In this document: piece by piece, positions 1-8,747 of the stretch
Layout: the number at the start of each line of letters is the position of its first letter
Position numbering within the stretch: the stretch's first letter is position 1
Assembly: GCA_965242525.1 (NCBI GenBank)
Contig: OZ251459.1
Location: 1,536,001 to 1,600,000 of the forward strand
Reading direction: 5' to 3'
DNA: 64,000 nt
DNA from: an uncultured Candidatus Binatia bacterium
Lineage (GTDB): Bacteria; Desulfobacterota; Binatia; UBA9968; JAJDTQ01
The notes under the pieces: model-generated
What the model saw: only the letters and a program-made list of their open reading frames with translations
What the model was told of the DNA's origin: nothing
Database searches by the model: none
Program-made: the position numbers and the translations under genes

Positions 1-59
1 GGACCCACCATGAAGAAGTAGCGTCACGCCATCGGAGTCAACCACACGGACGTCCGGAG

Positions 60-205
60 ACGGATTCCAGGGAAAGGGGTGAAACGCCCCTGCTGCCCCG
101 CAACTGTAACGGCCACGAAAGCTGCCACGGAGAGCCACTGCCCCTGCGGGGGCGGGAAGGCGCAGCGATTAGGATGAAGCCGGAGCCAGGAGACCTGTCC
201 GTCTG
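60..205 (+). ncRNA. Cobalamin (B12) riboswitch
   Basis: Conserved elements GGGAAAGGGGTGAAACGCCCC, CTGCCCCGCAACTGTAA, GCCACTG...GGGAAGGC and AGCCAGGAGACCTG, directly upstream of a BtuB-like receptor; ends approximate. Confidence 0.9.
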
Positions 206-243
206 CCGCCAACAATCCGCCTTCGCGGGAAAGGAAGATTGCC

Positions 244-2235
244 ATGAAGTTTTCGACCCACGGTTTCGTCACCACCCACGGTTTCACCACTCTCCTGGTT
301 TTCGTCGCCCTCCTGGTCCTGTGGACCTTTCCACCCGGGGCCGCGGCGGAAGCGCCGCAAAGCGCCGCTTCCCCGCCCGCCGCGGACGAGGCCGCGGAAC
401 GGCTTCCGGAGATCGTGGTCTCGGCAAGCCGGACGCCCCTGGAAGCCCGGGCCGCGGGCAGCGCCGTCACCGTCATCACCGCGGAAGAGCTGGAGCGCAA
501 GCAGGTGCGCGTGCTCTCCGACGTGCTGCGGGAGGTGCCCGGGCTGGCGGTGAGCCGCTCGGGCACGGTGGGCGCCTATACCCAGGTGCGGATCCGCGGC
601 GCCGAGGCCAACCACACCCTGGTCCTCATCGACGGGGTGGAAGTCAACGACCCCAGCGGCAACTCGGAATTCGACTTCGCCGACCTGCTCGCCGCGGACG
701 TGGAACGGGTCGAGGTCCTGCGCGGGCCCCAGAGCGCGCTGTACGGCAGCGACGCCATCGGCGGCGTCATCAACGTCATCACCCGGAAGGGGCGCGGCCC
801 CGCGGCCGCAAGCCTTCGACTGGAAGGCGGTTCCTTCGGCTCCGGCGAGGTCTCCGCGGGCGTCCGCGGCGCGGGCGAGCGCTACCACTTTTCGTTGGGC
901 GGGACGGGCTTCCGGACGTCCGGCGTGTCCATCGGGTCCCCGTCCGGGGGGAAGCCGGAGAAAGACGGCTACCGGAGCCACGGTTGGCGCGCCCGGCTCG
1001 GCGCCGACCTGCTCGAAGACCTGGAAGTCGAGTTGCTGGGGCGCTACGTCCGCTCGAAAGTGGAGACGGACCCGGGAGGCCTCGTCGGCGACTTCCGCAT
1101 ACCGGTGGACGGGGACGACGAGACCCGGGGGACCCGGTGGAGCGGACGCGCCCGGCTCGCCTACAGCCTGTTCGACGGAGCGTGGGAGCACAGGCTCGGA
1201 GCCGGAACCAGCCGGAAGAAGCGGGGCTACTTCAGCGCGGGAAGCCGGACCTACGAAGCCGAAGGCGCGAGGTCGCGCTTCGACTACCAGACCAGCGTCT
1301 TCTTCGACACCGAGGCCCTCGCGGACGCGGCCCATTCGTTCACCTTGCTGGCCGAGCGCGAGAAGGACTCCCAGACCGCCGGCGGCGCGCAGTCCGACGT
1401 GACCGGCTACGGCTACACCGGAGAGTACCGGGTGGGCGTGTGGGAGCGGCTCTTCCTGTCGGGCAGCGTCCGCTTCGACGACAACGACCTCTTCCGGGAC
1501 GCCGTCACCTTCCGGGCCACCGCGGCCTACCTGGTCGAAGGGAGCGGGACGCGGCTGCACGGCAGCTACGGCGCCGGGGTCAAGAACCCCACCCTGTTCG
1601 AGTTGTTCGGCTTCGCCCCGGGCTTCACCCCCAACCCCCGCCTCACCCCCGAGAAGAGCAACGGCTGGGACGCGGGAATCGAGCAGCGCTTCTTCGACCA
1701 ACGCCTGACCGTGGACGTCACCTACTTCGACAACCGGATCCGGGACCACATCCAGGGGTCCTTCGACACCTCCGTCAACCTGGACGGCGTCTCCGAAATC
1801 CGGGGCGTGGAGACCACCCTGAAGGCGCGCGTCACGCCGGCCCTGACCCTCACCGGACAGTACACCTGGACCGACGCCAAAGACCCCATGGGCATGGAGC
1901 TGACGCGGCGGGCGCGGCACGTGGCCAGCGCCCATCTCGCATGGGAGGTCCTCGACGGCCGGGCCGAGCTGGGGCTCGGCGTCCGCTACAACGGCCGACA
2001 GCAGGACCTCCGCTTCCACGGCGACTACAGCACGAGCCGCGTGACCCTGGACGACTTCGTCCTGGTCAACCTCACGGCCTCCTATGAAACGGCCCCGGGG
2101 GTCGAACTCTTCGGCCGCGTGGAAAACCTGCTGGACCAGGACTACCAGGAGGTCTTCGGTTTCCGCAGCACCGGCATCGGCGGTTTTTTGGGCATTCGAT
2201 GGACCCTGGAGCCGCTCACGGTCCCGTCCGGATAG
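244..2235 (+). CDS. btuB: TonB-dependent receptor, vitamin B12 transporter BtuB-like
   Basis: Signal peptide, TonB box (EIVVSASR), plug motifs (LVLIDGV; VERVEVLRGPQSALYGSDAIGGVINVIT), C-terminal barrel motif (VENLLDQDY); B12 riboswitch upstream. Confidence 0.85.
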   Translation: MKFSTHGFVTTHGFTTLLVFVALLVLWTFPPGAAAEAPQSAASPPAADEAAERLPEIVVSASRTPLEARAAGSAVTVITAEELERKQVRVLSDVLREVPGLAVSRSGTVGAYTQVRIRGAEANHTLVLIDGVEVNDPSGNSEFDFADLLAADVERVEVLRGPQSALYGSDAIGGVINVITRKGRGPAAASLRLEGGSFGSGEVSAGVRGAGERYHFSLGGTGFRTSGVSIGSPSGGKPEKDGYRSHGWRARLGADLLEDLEVELLGRYVRSKVETDPGGLVGDFRIPVDGDDETRGTRWSGRARLAYSLFDGAWEHRLGAGTSRKKRGYFSAGSRTYEAEGARSRFDYQTSVFFDTEALADAAHSFTLLAEREKDSQTAGGAQSDVTGYGYTGEYRVGVWERLFLSGSVRFDDNDLFRDAVTFRATAAYLVEGSGTRLHGSYGAGVKNPTLFELFGFAPGFTPNPRLTPEKSNGWDAGIEQRFFDQRLTVDVTYFDNRIRDHIQGSFDTSVNLDGVSEIRGVETTLKARVTPALTLTGQYTWTDAKDPMGMELTRRARHVASAHLAWEVLDGRAELGLGVRYNGRQQDLRFHGDYSTSRVTLDDFVLVNLTASYETAPGVELFGRVENLLDQDYQEVFGFRSTGIGGFLGIRWTLEPLTVPSG

Positions 2236-2310
2236 GCGGACCCTTCTCGCCGCTCACGGCTCTACCATCCTTCCCGGCTGGAGCCGTTCACGGTCCCGTC
2301 CGGGCAGGCG
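2208..2310 (+). repeat. Imperfect direct duplication of the btuB 3' end (~31 bp, 72 bp period)
   Basis: GGAGCCGCTCACGGTCCCGTCCGGATAGGCGG at ~2208 and GGAGCCGTTCACGGTCCCGTCCGGGCAGGCGG at ~2280. Confidence 0.75.
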
Positions 2311-2343
2311 GCCCCGCGGGACCCCTGCCCACGGGGCCGCGGT

Positions 2344-4107
2344 TCACTCCGCCAGCAGCGGCACCACCCGGCGCTCCTTGGCGCGCACGAGGCCGCGGCC
2401 CGTGATGCGGAGCTCCGGGAGGGTGACGAAGGTGAGGAAGCATAGGGCGTAGAGGGGCTTGGGGAAGGCGGAACCGCGTTCCCTCAGGGTCCGCTGCACC
2501 GCGGCGAGCCGCTCGCCCACGAGGCGCCAGGGCTCCGGCGAGAACAGGCCCCCGATGGGGAAAGGGAGGTGTTCGAGGACCCGGCCCCGGTCCACCACCG
2601 CGACGCCGCCGCCGGACTCCAGCAGGAGGTTGGCGCAGCGGGCCATGTCGTAGTCGCTGGAGCCCGCCACCAGCAGGGCGTACTCGTCCAGGTTGACGGT
2701 GGTCCCCACCGCGCCCACGTCCGCGCCGAGACCCCGGACGAAGCCGAAGGCGGGACGGAAGCCCTCCCCCCGGTCGAACACCGCGACCTTGAGCAAGTCC
2801 CGGTCCGGGTCCGCGGGAAGGACCCCGCCGGGGGCGGCCGACTCCACCACCCGCTCCCGGGTGATGGTCTGGTTGGCGAGGTCCATCACCCGCACCCGCG
2901 CACGCGGGCGGTCGCACCCTATCCTCAGGTCGTCCGCGGTGACCGGCTGGCGGAAGGCGGTCCTGATCCCCATGTCCGCGGGAAAGGGAGGCGGCGCGGC
3001 GTCCACCTTCGACTCGCCGCCTTCGGCCACCGGCTCGCCGCCGATGAACACCGCGCCCACCCGCACGGTCTCCAGGTCTTCGAGCAGCGCGAAGTCGGCG
3101 AACCGCCCGGGCGCCACCCCGCCCATGTCCTGCTCCAGGCCGGAGTACATGGCGGGATGGAGGGTGGCGGCCTGGATGGCGCGCACCGAACCCAGGCCGC
3201 ACTCCACCGCGCGGCGCACCACGAAGTCCATGTGGCCGGACGCGGCCACGTCGTCCGGGGCCATGCCGTCGGTGACCAGTATCAGCCGCCCGGTATCGAT
3301 TCCGCTCGCCAACAGCGGCTTGAGCGTGGCCTCCAGGTCCTGCCGGAAGGAGCCCTCCCGCAGCATGGTCCAGTAGCCGAGCCGCAGGCGCGCCAGCGCC
3401 TCCGCGCCGCTGATGGGCTCGTGGCACGACGACACCGAAGCCGCGGCAATGGCGTTCAGCCGGCGGTCCCGTGCCCCCGCGGTGTGTCCGTGCACGATCT
3501 TGCCCCGGTCCAGGGCCATGTGGATGCGCGCCAGCAGGTCCGGGTCTCCCTGCACCAGCCGGAGCCACGAGACCACCTCCCCCAGGCCAAGGACTCGGGG
3601 GTCATCCAGGACGTCCGCCACCTCCCGGTCCGACAGGGTCTCGGTCCGGCACAGCAGCGGGTCCTGGGGCGCGGCCATGGACACCAGTGTATGGACCCGG
3701 ATCGGGTGGCTCGCAGCCTCCTCCAGGAACAGCTTCATGCCGGCGAGGCCGAAGGCCACCGTGTGCTCGTCGCACGAAGCCACGACCCCGGTGGTCCCGT
3801 GGGGCAGGTACGCCTGCAGGAACTCGAAGGGGCGGCAGAAGTGGCCGATGTGGGTGTGGGCGTCGATGAACCCGGGGACGATCCAGCGGTCCCGGGCGTC
3901 GATGACCCGGGTCTCCTCCCCGCGGGTGTGGGCCGCGCTGGGACCCACGTAGCAGACCCGTCCCCGGCTGAAGGCCACCTCCATGCCCTCCAGCACCTCG
4001 CCCGTATAGACGTTGACCAGGCGCCCGCCGGTGACCACCCCGTCGGCCTTGACCTCGCCCATGCTGGCGCGCATCAGGCGGCGGATGCTCTCCCCGGTCT
4101 TCCGCAT
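2344..4107 (-). CDS. ade: Adenine deaminase family amidohydrolase
   Basis: PGFIDAHTH metal motif, HGH, CHEP, MLREGS, LVTDG, GGVAPGRFAD; 587 aa with Ade-like C-terminal domain. Confidence 0.8.
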   Translation of the reverse strand: MRKTGESIRRLMRASMGEVKADGVVTGGRLVNVYTGEVLEGMEVAFSRGRVCYVGPSAAHTRGEETRVIDARDRWIVPGFIDAHTHIGHFCRPFEFLQAYLPHGTTGVVASCDEHTVAFGLAGMKLFLEEAASHPIRVHTLVSMAAPQDPLLCRTETLSDREVADVLDDPRVLGLGEVVSWLRLVQGDPDLLARIHMALDRGKIVHGHTAGARDRRLNAIAAASVSSCHEPISGAEALARLRLGYWTMLREGSFRQDLEATLKPLLASGIDTGRLILVTDGMAPDDVAASGHMDFVVRRAVECGLGSVRAIQAATLHPAMYSGLEQDMGGVAPGRFADFALLEDLETVRVGAVFIGGEPVAEGGESKVDAAPPPFPADMGIRTAFRQPVTADDLRIGCDRPRARVRVMDLANQTITRERVVESAAPGGVLPADPDRDLLKVAVFDRGEGFRPAFGFVRGLGADVGAVGTTVNLDEYALLVAGSSDYDMARCANLLLESGGGVAVVDRGRVLEHLPFPIGGLFSPEPWRLVGERLAAVQRTLRERGSAFPKPLYALCFLTFVTLPELRITGRGLVRAKERRVVPLLAE

Positions 4108-4154
4108 GGGTCCGGCCTCGGGCGCCGCCCTGCCGGCGGCGGCCTTCCGCGGCG

Positions 4155-5144
4155 TCAGATCTTGAACCCTTCGCGGGTGTTGGGCGCGTACAGGCCCGCC
4201 ACGTCCACCGGGTTCCGGATCACCCCCTGCTCCAGCAGGTAGGAGTGGAAGGTCTCCAGGGTCTTGCGGTTGCCCTCAAAGCCGTAGGGCCAGAAGTCCT
4301 CGCCCATGAGATCCACGGTCTCCTCGTACTCGAACAACTGCCAGAGCTGGCTCGTGCGCAGCACGTTGGTGTCGTAGAGCTGGGCCGCGCACAGGTCCTT
4401 GGCTTGGCAGAACGCCTTGTAGAGGTTTTGGGTGATCCACGGGTGGGCCTCGTAGATCTCCCGGCGCACCACCACGCAGTGCATGATGGGGAACAGCCCC
4501 GTGCGGCGGAAGTAGTCCATCTCCGCGGCCCGGCAGTCCTCGAACAGGCGGGTGATCCCGGAAGCGCGCCGGACGAAACAGGCGGGCATCCGGGCCGACA
4601 CCAGGGCGTCGATGTCGCCCGACTCCAGCATGTCGTTCAGGGTCCGGCGTTCCTCGGTCTCCATGGACACGCCGTCCGGAGGGTCGAAGGGCACCCGGTC
4701 CTTGCGCCCCGGCTGCTCCACCCCGCCCTGCACCCAATGGACGTCCCCGGGCTCCACCCCGAAGTCGTGCTGGAGCATGCCGCGCACCCACACGGACGCG
4801 GTCATGGTGTACTCGGGCACCCCCACCCGCCGGCCCTTCAGGTCCTCGGGCCTGCGCACCCCCGAAGCGGCGTTGACGAATATGCAGCGGTGGCGGAACA
4901 TGCGGGAGGGAAAGACCGGTATGGCGATGAAGGGCCGGTGGCCCCGGGACGCGTCCACGTGGTACGCCCCCATGGACATCTCCGCGGCGTCGAACTCCCG
5001 GAAATGGAGCATGCGCCAGAAGATCTCCTCCACGGGCAGCACCACGTAGTGGAGGTCGATGCCTTCGGGCTTCACCAGCCCGTCCTTCAGGGCCCGGGTG
5101 CGGTCGTAGTCCTCGCAGGCCAGCGTCAACTCGATGTTGCCCAT
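4155..5144 (-). CDS. 4,5-dihydroxyphthalate decarboxylase-like (periplasmic-binding-fold) protein
   Basis: LTLACEDYDRT, EEIFWRM...FDAAEMS, PVFPSRMFRH, FPIMHCVV, DFWPYG motifs typical of this family. Confidence 0.75.
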   Translation of the reverse strand: MGNIELTLACEDYDRTRALKDGLVKPEGIDLHYVVLPVEEIFWRMLHFREFDAAEMSMGAYHVDASRGHRPFIAIPVFPSRMFRHRCIFVNAASGVRRPEDLKGRRVGVPEYTMTASVWVRGMLQHDFGVEPGDVHWVQGGVEQPGRKDRVPFDPPDGVSMETEERRTLNDMLESGDIDALVSARMPACFVRRASGITRLFEDCRAAEMDYFRRTGLFPIMHCVVVRREIYEAHPWITQNLYKAFCQAKDLCAAQLYDTNVLRTSQLWQLFEYEETVDLMGEDFWPYGFEGNRKTLETFHSYLLEQGVIRNPVDVAGLYAPNTREGFKI

Positions 5145-5166
5145 GACTCCCTCCGGCGCCCTGCCC

Positions 5167-5347
5167 TGCCCCTACGCACCGGGGCGGGGCGCAGCCAACG
5201 CATCGTTGAGTCGGTCGAGCGGTAGGTTGGCGGCCTTCCGCTTCCCCCAGGCGCCGGGGCGGGCGGCCAATGCATCGGCGCTTCGGAGTAGCTGCGGCAT
5301 TGGGCCGCGCTTCCCCTACGCGCCGGGGCCGGGCGCGGCCAACGCCC
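5167..5347. repeat. Three degenerate direct repeats (~70 bp period), the last overlapping the eda stop codon
   Basis: Variants of TTCCCCTACGCGCCGGGGCCGGGCGCGGCCAACGC at ~5167, ~5242 and ~5311. Confidence 0.65.
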
Positions 5348-5972
5348 GCTCCACCAGCCCCACGAACTCCCTTGCCGCGGCCACGAGGCCGTCACGGCCT
5401 TCGCGGGCCAGGACGTCCGCCAGGAAGGTGCTGCCCAGCACGATGCCCGTGACCCCCAGAGCCGCGTACTCCGACACGTTGGTCCGATCGACCCCGCCCG
5501 AGACCATGAACCGCGCGTCGGGAAAGGGACCCAGCATCTGGCGGACGAAGCGCGGTCCGCCCACGCAGTCCGCGGGGAAGATCTTCACCAGGTCGGCGCC
5601 GCCGCGGAGCGCCCGGACCACTTCCGTCGGGGTCGCCCCCGCGGGGATGAAGGCCGCCCCGGCCTCGCGGCACACCGGCGCCAAGTCCAACTCCAGGCTG
5701 GGCGAGACGATGAAGCGCGCTCCGGCCTCGATGCCCGCGCGCGCCTGCTCCTCGGACAGCACCGTGCCCGCGCCCACGCAGGCCCCGCCCTCCGCAGCCA
5801 GGGTCCGGATAACCTCCGGGGCCCCGGGCACGGAAAAGGTCACCTCCACGAACCGCACCCCCGCCTCGGCCACCGCCCGGGCAGTGGCCAGCGCCTCATC
5901 CGCGGTCCTCGAACGGATCACCGCCACCAATCGATGGGCCTGCATGGCGGCCATCAGCTCAGCCTTGGTCAT
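5316..5972 (-). CDS. eda: KDPG/KHG aldolase
   Basis: Start at MTKAEL; VAVIR, VEVTF, VGAGTV, FIVSP, GATPTE, VKIFPA, SGGV motifs. Confidence 0.85.
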   Translation of the reverse strand: MTKAELMAAMQAHRLVAVIRSRTADEALATARAVAEAGVRFVEVTFSVPGAPEVIRTLAAEGGACVGAGTVLSEEQARAGIEAGARFIVSPSLELDLAPVCREAGAAFIPAGATPTEVVRALRGGADLVKIFPADCVGGPRFVRQMLGPFPDARFMVSGGVDRTNVSEYAALGVTGIVLGSTFLADVLAREGRDGLVAAAREFVGLVERALAAPGPGA

Positions 5973-6066
5973 CCGGGACTCCTCTTCTCCGCCGGGGACC
6001 TGCCGCCCTGCCTCCGCCCTCCCGACCAGGGCAGACGCCGGAGACCGCGAACCTGACCTTCCCATC

Positions 6067-6107
6067 CCCGTTCGCCCTGAGCGTAGCGCAGCGAAATCGA
6101 AGGGCGC
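6067..6107. repeat. REP-like element, family A
   Basis: CCGTTCGCCCTGAGCGTAGCGCAGCGAAATCGAAGGGCG; near-identical intergenic copies elsewhere in the window. Confidence 0.8.
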
Positions 6108-6142
6108 GCTCATGCCCCCTGTCTCGCTTGTTCGGAGTTTCC

Positions 6143-6910
6143 TCAACTCAGCGTAAGGCCGCCGTCCACCAGCAGGGTCTGGCCGGTCACGAAGTCTCCG
6201 CCGGTGACGAGACCCAGGACGGCCCCGGCCACGTCTTCCGGCTGCGCCACCCGTTTCAGCGGATAGTTGGCGGAGGCGCGCTCGATGACGTCCGCGTAGT
6301 CCGCGCCGAAATGGTCGCGCATCCACTGGGTATCCGTGAACGCCGGCGCCACCGCGTTGACGCGGACCTTCGGTCCCAGGGCCACGGCCAGGCCCCGGGT
6401 CAGGTAGATGAGTCCAGCCTTGGCGGTGCCGTAGGCCAGGGACGACAGGGTGGATGGGGCGATGACGCCCGAGATGGACGACACGTTGACGATCATGCCC
6501 CCGACGGCGGCAAGGTGGGGAGCCGCGGCCCGGGCGCACCGGAACGCGCCCTTGACGTTCACCTCCAGGGTCGCGTCCCACACCTCGTCGGTCAGCGCCT
6601 CCAGGTCCGAGATGGGCACCCAACGGGTCACGCCGGCGTTGTTCACCAGGACGTCCAGGCGTCCGAACCGCTCCACGGTCCGCTCCACCATCTCCCTTGC
6701 GTCGGCGTCCCGGCGCACGTCGCCGTGCACGCACAGGGCCTCCGCCCCCAGCCCCTGCACCTCGGCCGCCAGGCTCTCGGCCTGGTCCCGGGCCGAGCGG
6801 TAGTTGACGGCCACGCCCGCGGCACCGGCCCGGGCGAGCTCCAGCGCCGTGGCCCGGCCGATTCCGGTGGCCGCGCCGGTGACCAGCGCCACCCGCTCCC
6901 GCAGGTTCAT
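6143..6910 (-). CDS. SDR family NAD(P)-dependent oxidoreductase
   Basis: Start MNLRER; TGAATGIG, NNAG, YGTAK catalytic motif, TGQTLLVDGG. Confidence 0.9.
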   Translation of the reverse strand: MNLRERVALVTGAATGIGRATALELARAGAAGVAVNYRSARDQAESLAAEVQGLGAEALCVHGDVRRDADAREMVERTVERFGRLDVLVNNAGVTRWVPISDLEALTDEVWDATLEVNVKGAFRCARAAAPHLAAVGGMIVNVSSISGVIAPSTLSSLAYGTAKAGLIYLTRGLAVALGPKVRVNAVAPAFTDTQWMRDHFGADYADVIERASANYPLKRVAQPEDVAGAVLGLVTGGDFVTGQTLLVDGGLTLS

Positions 6911-8628
6911 GCGCCCCGGACCTCCCTGGTGGCGGCTTCGTCCACCACCCACTGCTCGGGCAGGCGGACCTTCTCGTCTTCGCCGCCGGTGAACCGCACC
7001 ACCACGCCGTAGTCCCTGGCCGCGGCCTCGGGGGTGACGTAGCCGAGGACCACGTCCATGCGGACCCGGTCCGGGTCGCGCTGGAAGGGCTCGCCGTAGC
7101 CGCCGCCCCCGGGATGGTTGAGATGCACGCTGCGGGGACCCTCCAGCCGGGTCTGCGCCTTGGGGTTGGGACGCTCGCCGCCGTCGAGGACGAACTCCCC
7201 GGGCAGGCCCGGACGGCCTCCCAGGATCCCCGGGGCCGGGTAACGGGTGCGGTCGAGTATGCCGTTGACGCTCCAGCCGCTCCGGGTGCGGTTGGTGAAC
7301 TCGGTGAACTGGCCCAGGCCGCCGCGCCAGACGCCCGCGCCGCCGGAGTCCACCCGCAGCTCGCGCCGGCGCATGACCAGCGGGGACAGGCTCTCGATGA
7401 CCTCCGCGGGCACGCCGGCCACGCCGCTCGGGAAACCCACCGCGCTGAGGCCGTCCTTGGTGGGCCGGGCGCCGGTGCCGCCCACCTGGAACACCGTCAG
7501 GTTGAAGGCAGGGTCCTCGCCCCGCCACACGCTGAGCCAGATGGGGTCCGCGCTCGGGGCCATGAGCTTGCCCGGAAGGGCCTGGGCCAGCGCGGTGAAG
7601 ACCGCGGTGGGCACGAAATGGCCCACGGTCTGCCGCGCCGCCACCGGAGCGGGGTCGTCGGCGTTCAGGATGCAGCCCGCGGGCGCGCTCACGTGCACCG
7701 GCCGGAAACTCCCCTCGTTGTGGGGCACGTCGGGGTAGATGGCGGCCTTGGCCGCGAAGCTGGCGTAGGCGTGGGTGTAGTTCATCACCACGTTGATGCC
7801 CCGGCGGCTCTGGGGCGAGGAGCCGGCGAAGTCGATGAAGATCTCGTCCCCCCGGACTTCGAGCCGGGTCTTGATGAGGATGGGCTCCTCGAAGCCGTCG
7901 CTCCAGGTCTCGCCTTCCCAGGCGCCGTCCTCCAGCTCGGCGATGGCCGCGCGCACGGCCTTCTCGGAGCGGTCGATGATCTCCTCCGCCACCGGGTCGA
8001 AGCTATCGAGGCCGAACTCGTCCATGGTCTCCACCAGGGCGCGGCCGCCGGCGTCGTTGCACGCGGCCTGGGCGTAGAAGTCGCTCACCACCTCGTGGGG
8101 CAGGCGCACGTTGGCGCGGACCAGTTGCAACAGGACGGGGTCAGGCTCGCCCGCGTGGAACAGCTTCAGGATGGGGATGCGGAGACCTTCCTCGAACACT
8201 TCCCGGGCTTCGGCCGAGAGGATGCGGCCGCCGATGTCCGCGGCGTGGCAGGTGTTGGCGAAGAACGCCGTCAGCCGCCCGGCCCGGAAGACGGGCGTGG
8301 TGATGGTGACGTCGTTCACGTGCCCCGCGGTCTGCCACGGGTCGTTGGTGATGAGCACGTCCCCGGGAGCCAGCGTCTCCGGGGGGAACTCCCGCAGGAA
8401 ATGGCCCATGGACGTGGCCATGGCGTTGATGTGGCCCGGGGTGCCGCTCACCGACTGGGCCACCATGCGGCCCCGGGTGTCGAACAGCCCGCAGGCCAGG
8501 TCCTGGCTCTCGCGCACGATGGTGCTGAAGGCCGTGCGCATGAGCGCGTCCTGTTGCTCGTTGGCCACCGACAGGAGCCGGTTCCAGATGACCTCCAGGG
8601 TCACCGGGTCGATGACGGCGCTACTCAT
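6907..8628 (-). CDS. Hydantoinase B / 5-oxoprolinase subunit B family
   Basis: Start MSSAVIDPVTLEVIWNRL; RTAFSTIVRE, NDPW..GHVND, DSGGAG..RGGLG, PGGGGYG. Confidence 0.9.
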   Translation of the reverse strand: MSSAVIDPVTLEVIWNRLLSVANEQQDALMRTAFSTIVRESQDLACGLFDTRGRMVAQSVSGTPGHINAMATSMGHFLREFPPETLAPGDVLITNDPWQTAGHVNDVTITTPVFRAGRLTAFFANTCHAADIGGRILSAEAREVFEEGLRIPILKLFHAGEPDPVLLQLVRANVRLPHEVVSDFYAQAACNDAGGRALVETMDEFGLDSFDPVAEEIIDRSEKAVRAAIAELEDGAWEGETWSDGFEEPILIKTRLEVRGDEIFIDFAGSSPQSRRGINVVMNYTHAYASFAAKAAIYPDVPHNEGSFRPVHVSAPAGCILNADDPAPVAARQTVGHFVPTAVFTALAQALPGKLMAPSADPIWLSVWRGEDPAFNLTVFQVGGTGARPTKDGLSAVGFPSGVAGVPAEVIESLSPLVMRRRELRVDSGGAGVWRGGLGQFTEFTNRTRSGWSVNGILDRTRYPAPGILGGRPGLPGEFVLDGGERPNPKAQTRLEGPRSVHLNHPGGGGYGEPFQRDPDRVRMDVVLGYVTPEAAARDYGVVVRFTGGEDEKVRLPEQWVVDEAATREVRGA

Positions 8629-8668
8629 GGCAACCCTCCACGGAGGCGCCGCGCCCGCTCCTCTTATT

Positions 8669-8709
8669 TCCGTTCGTCCTGAGCGTAGCGAAGCGAAGTC
8701 GAAGGACGC
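8669..8709. repeat. REP-like element, family A
   Basis: CCGTTCGTCCTGAGCGTAGCGAAGCGAAGTCGAAGGACG between hydantoinase A and B. Confidence 0.85.
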
Positions 8710-8747
8710 GCCTTCCCACAGGAAGGGGGAGGTCGAGCCGGATTCGA

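Noticed and set aside
5167-5347. Possible CRISPR array, given the repeat/spacer-like period
   Set aside because: Only three highly degenerate repeats, one is part of a CDS, and no cas genes are in the window
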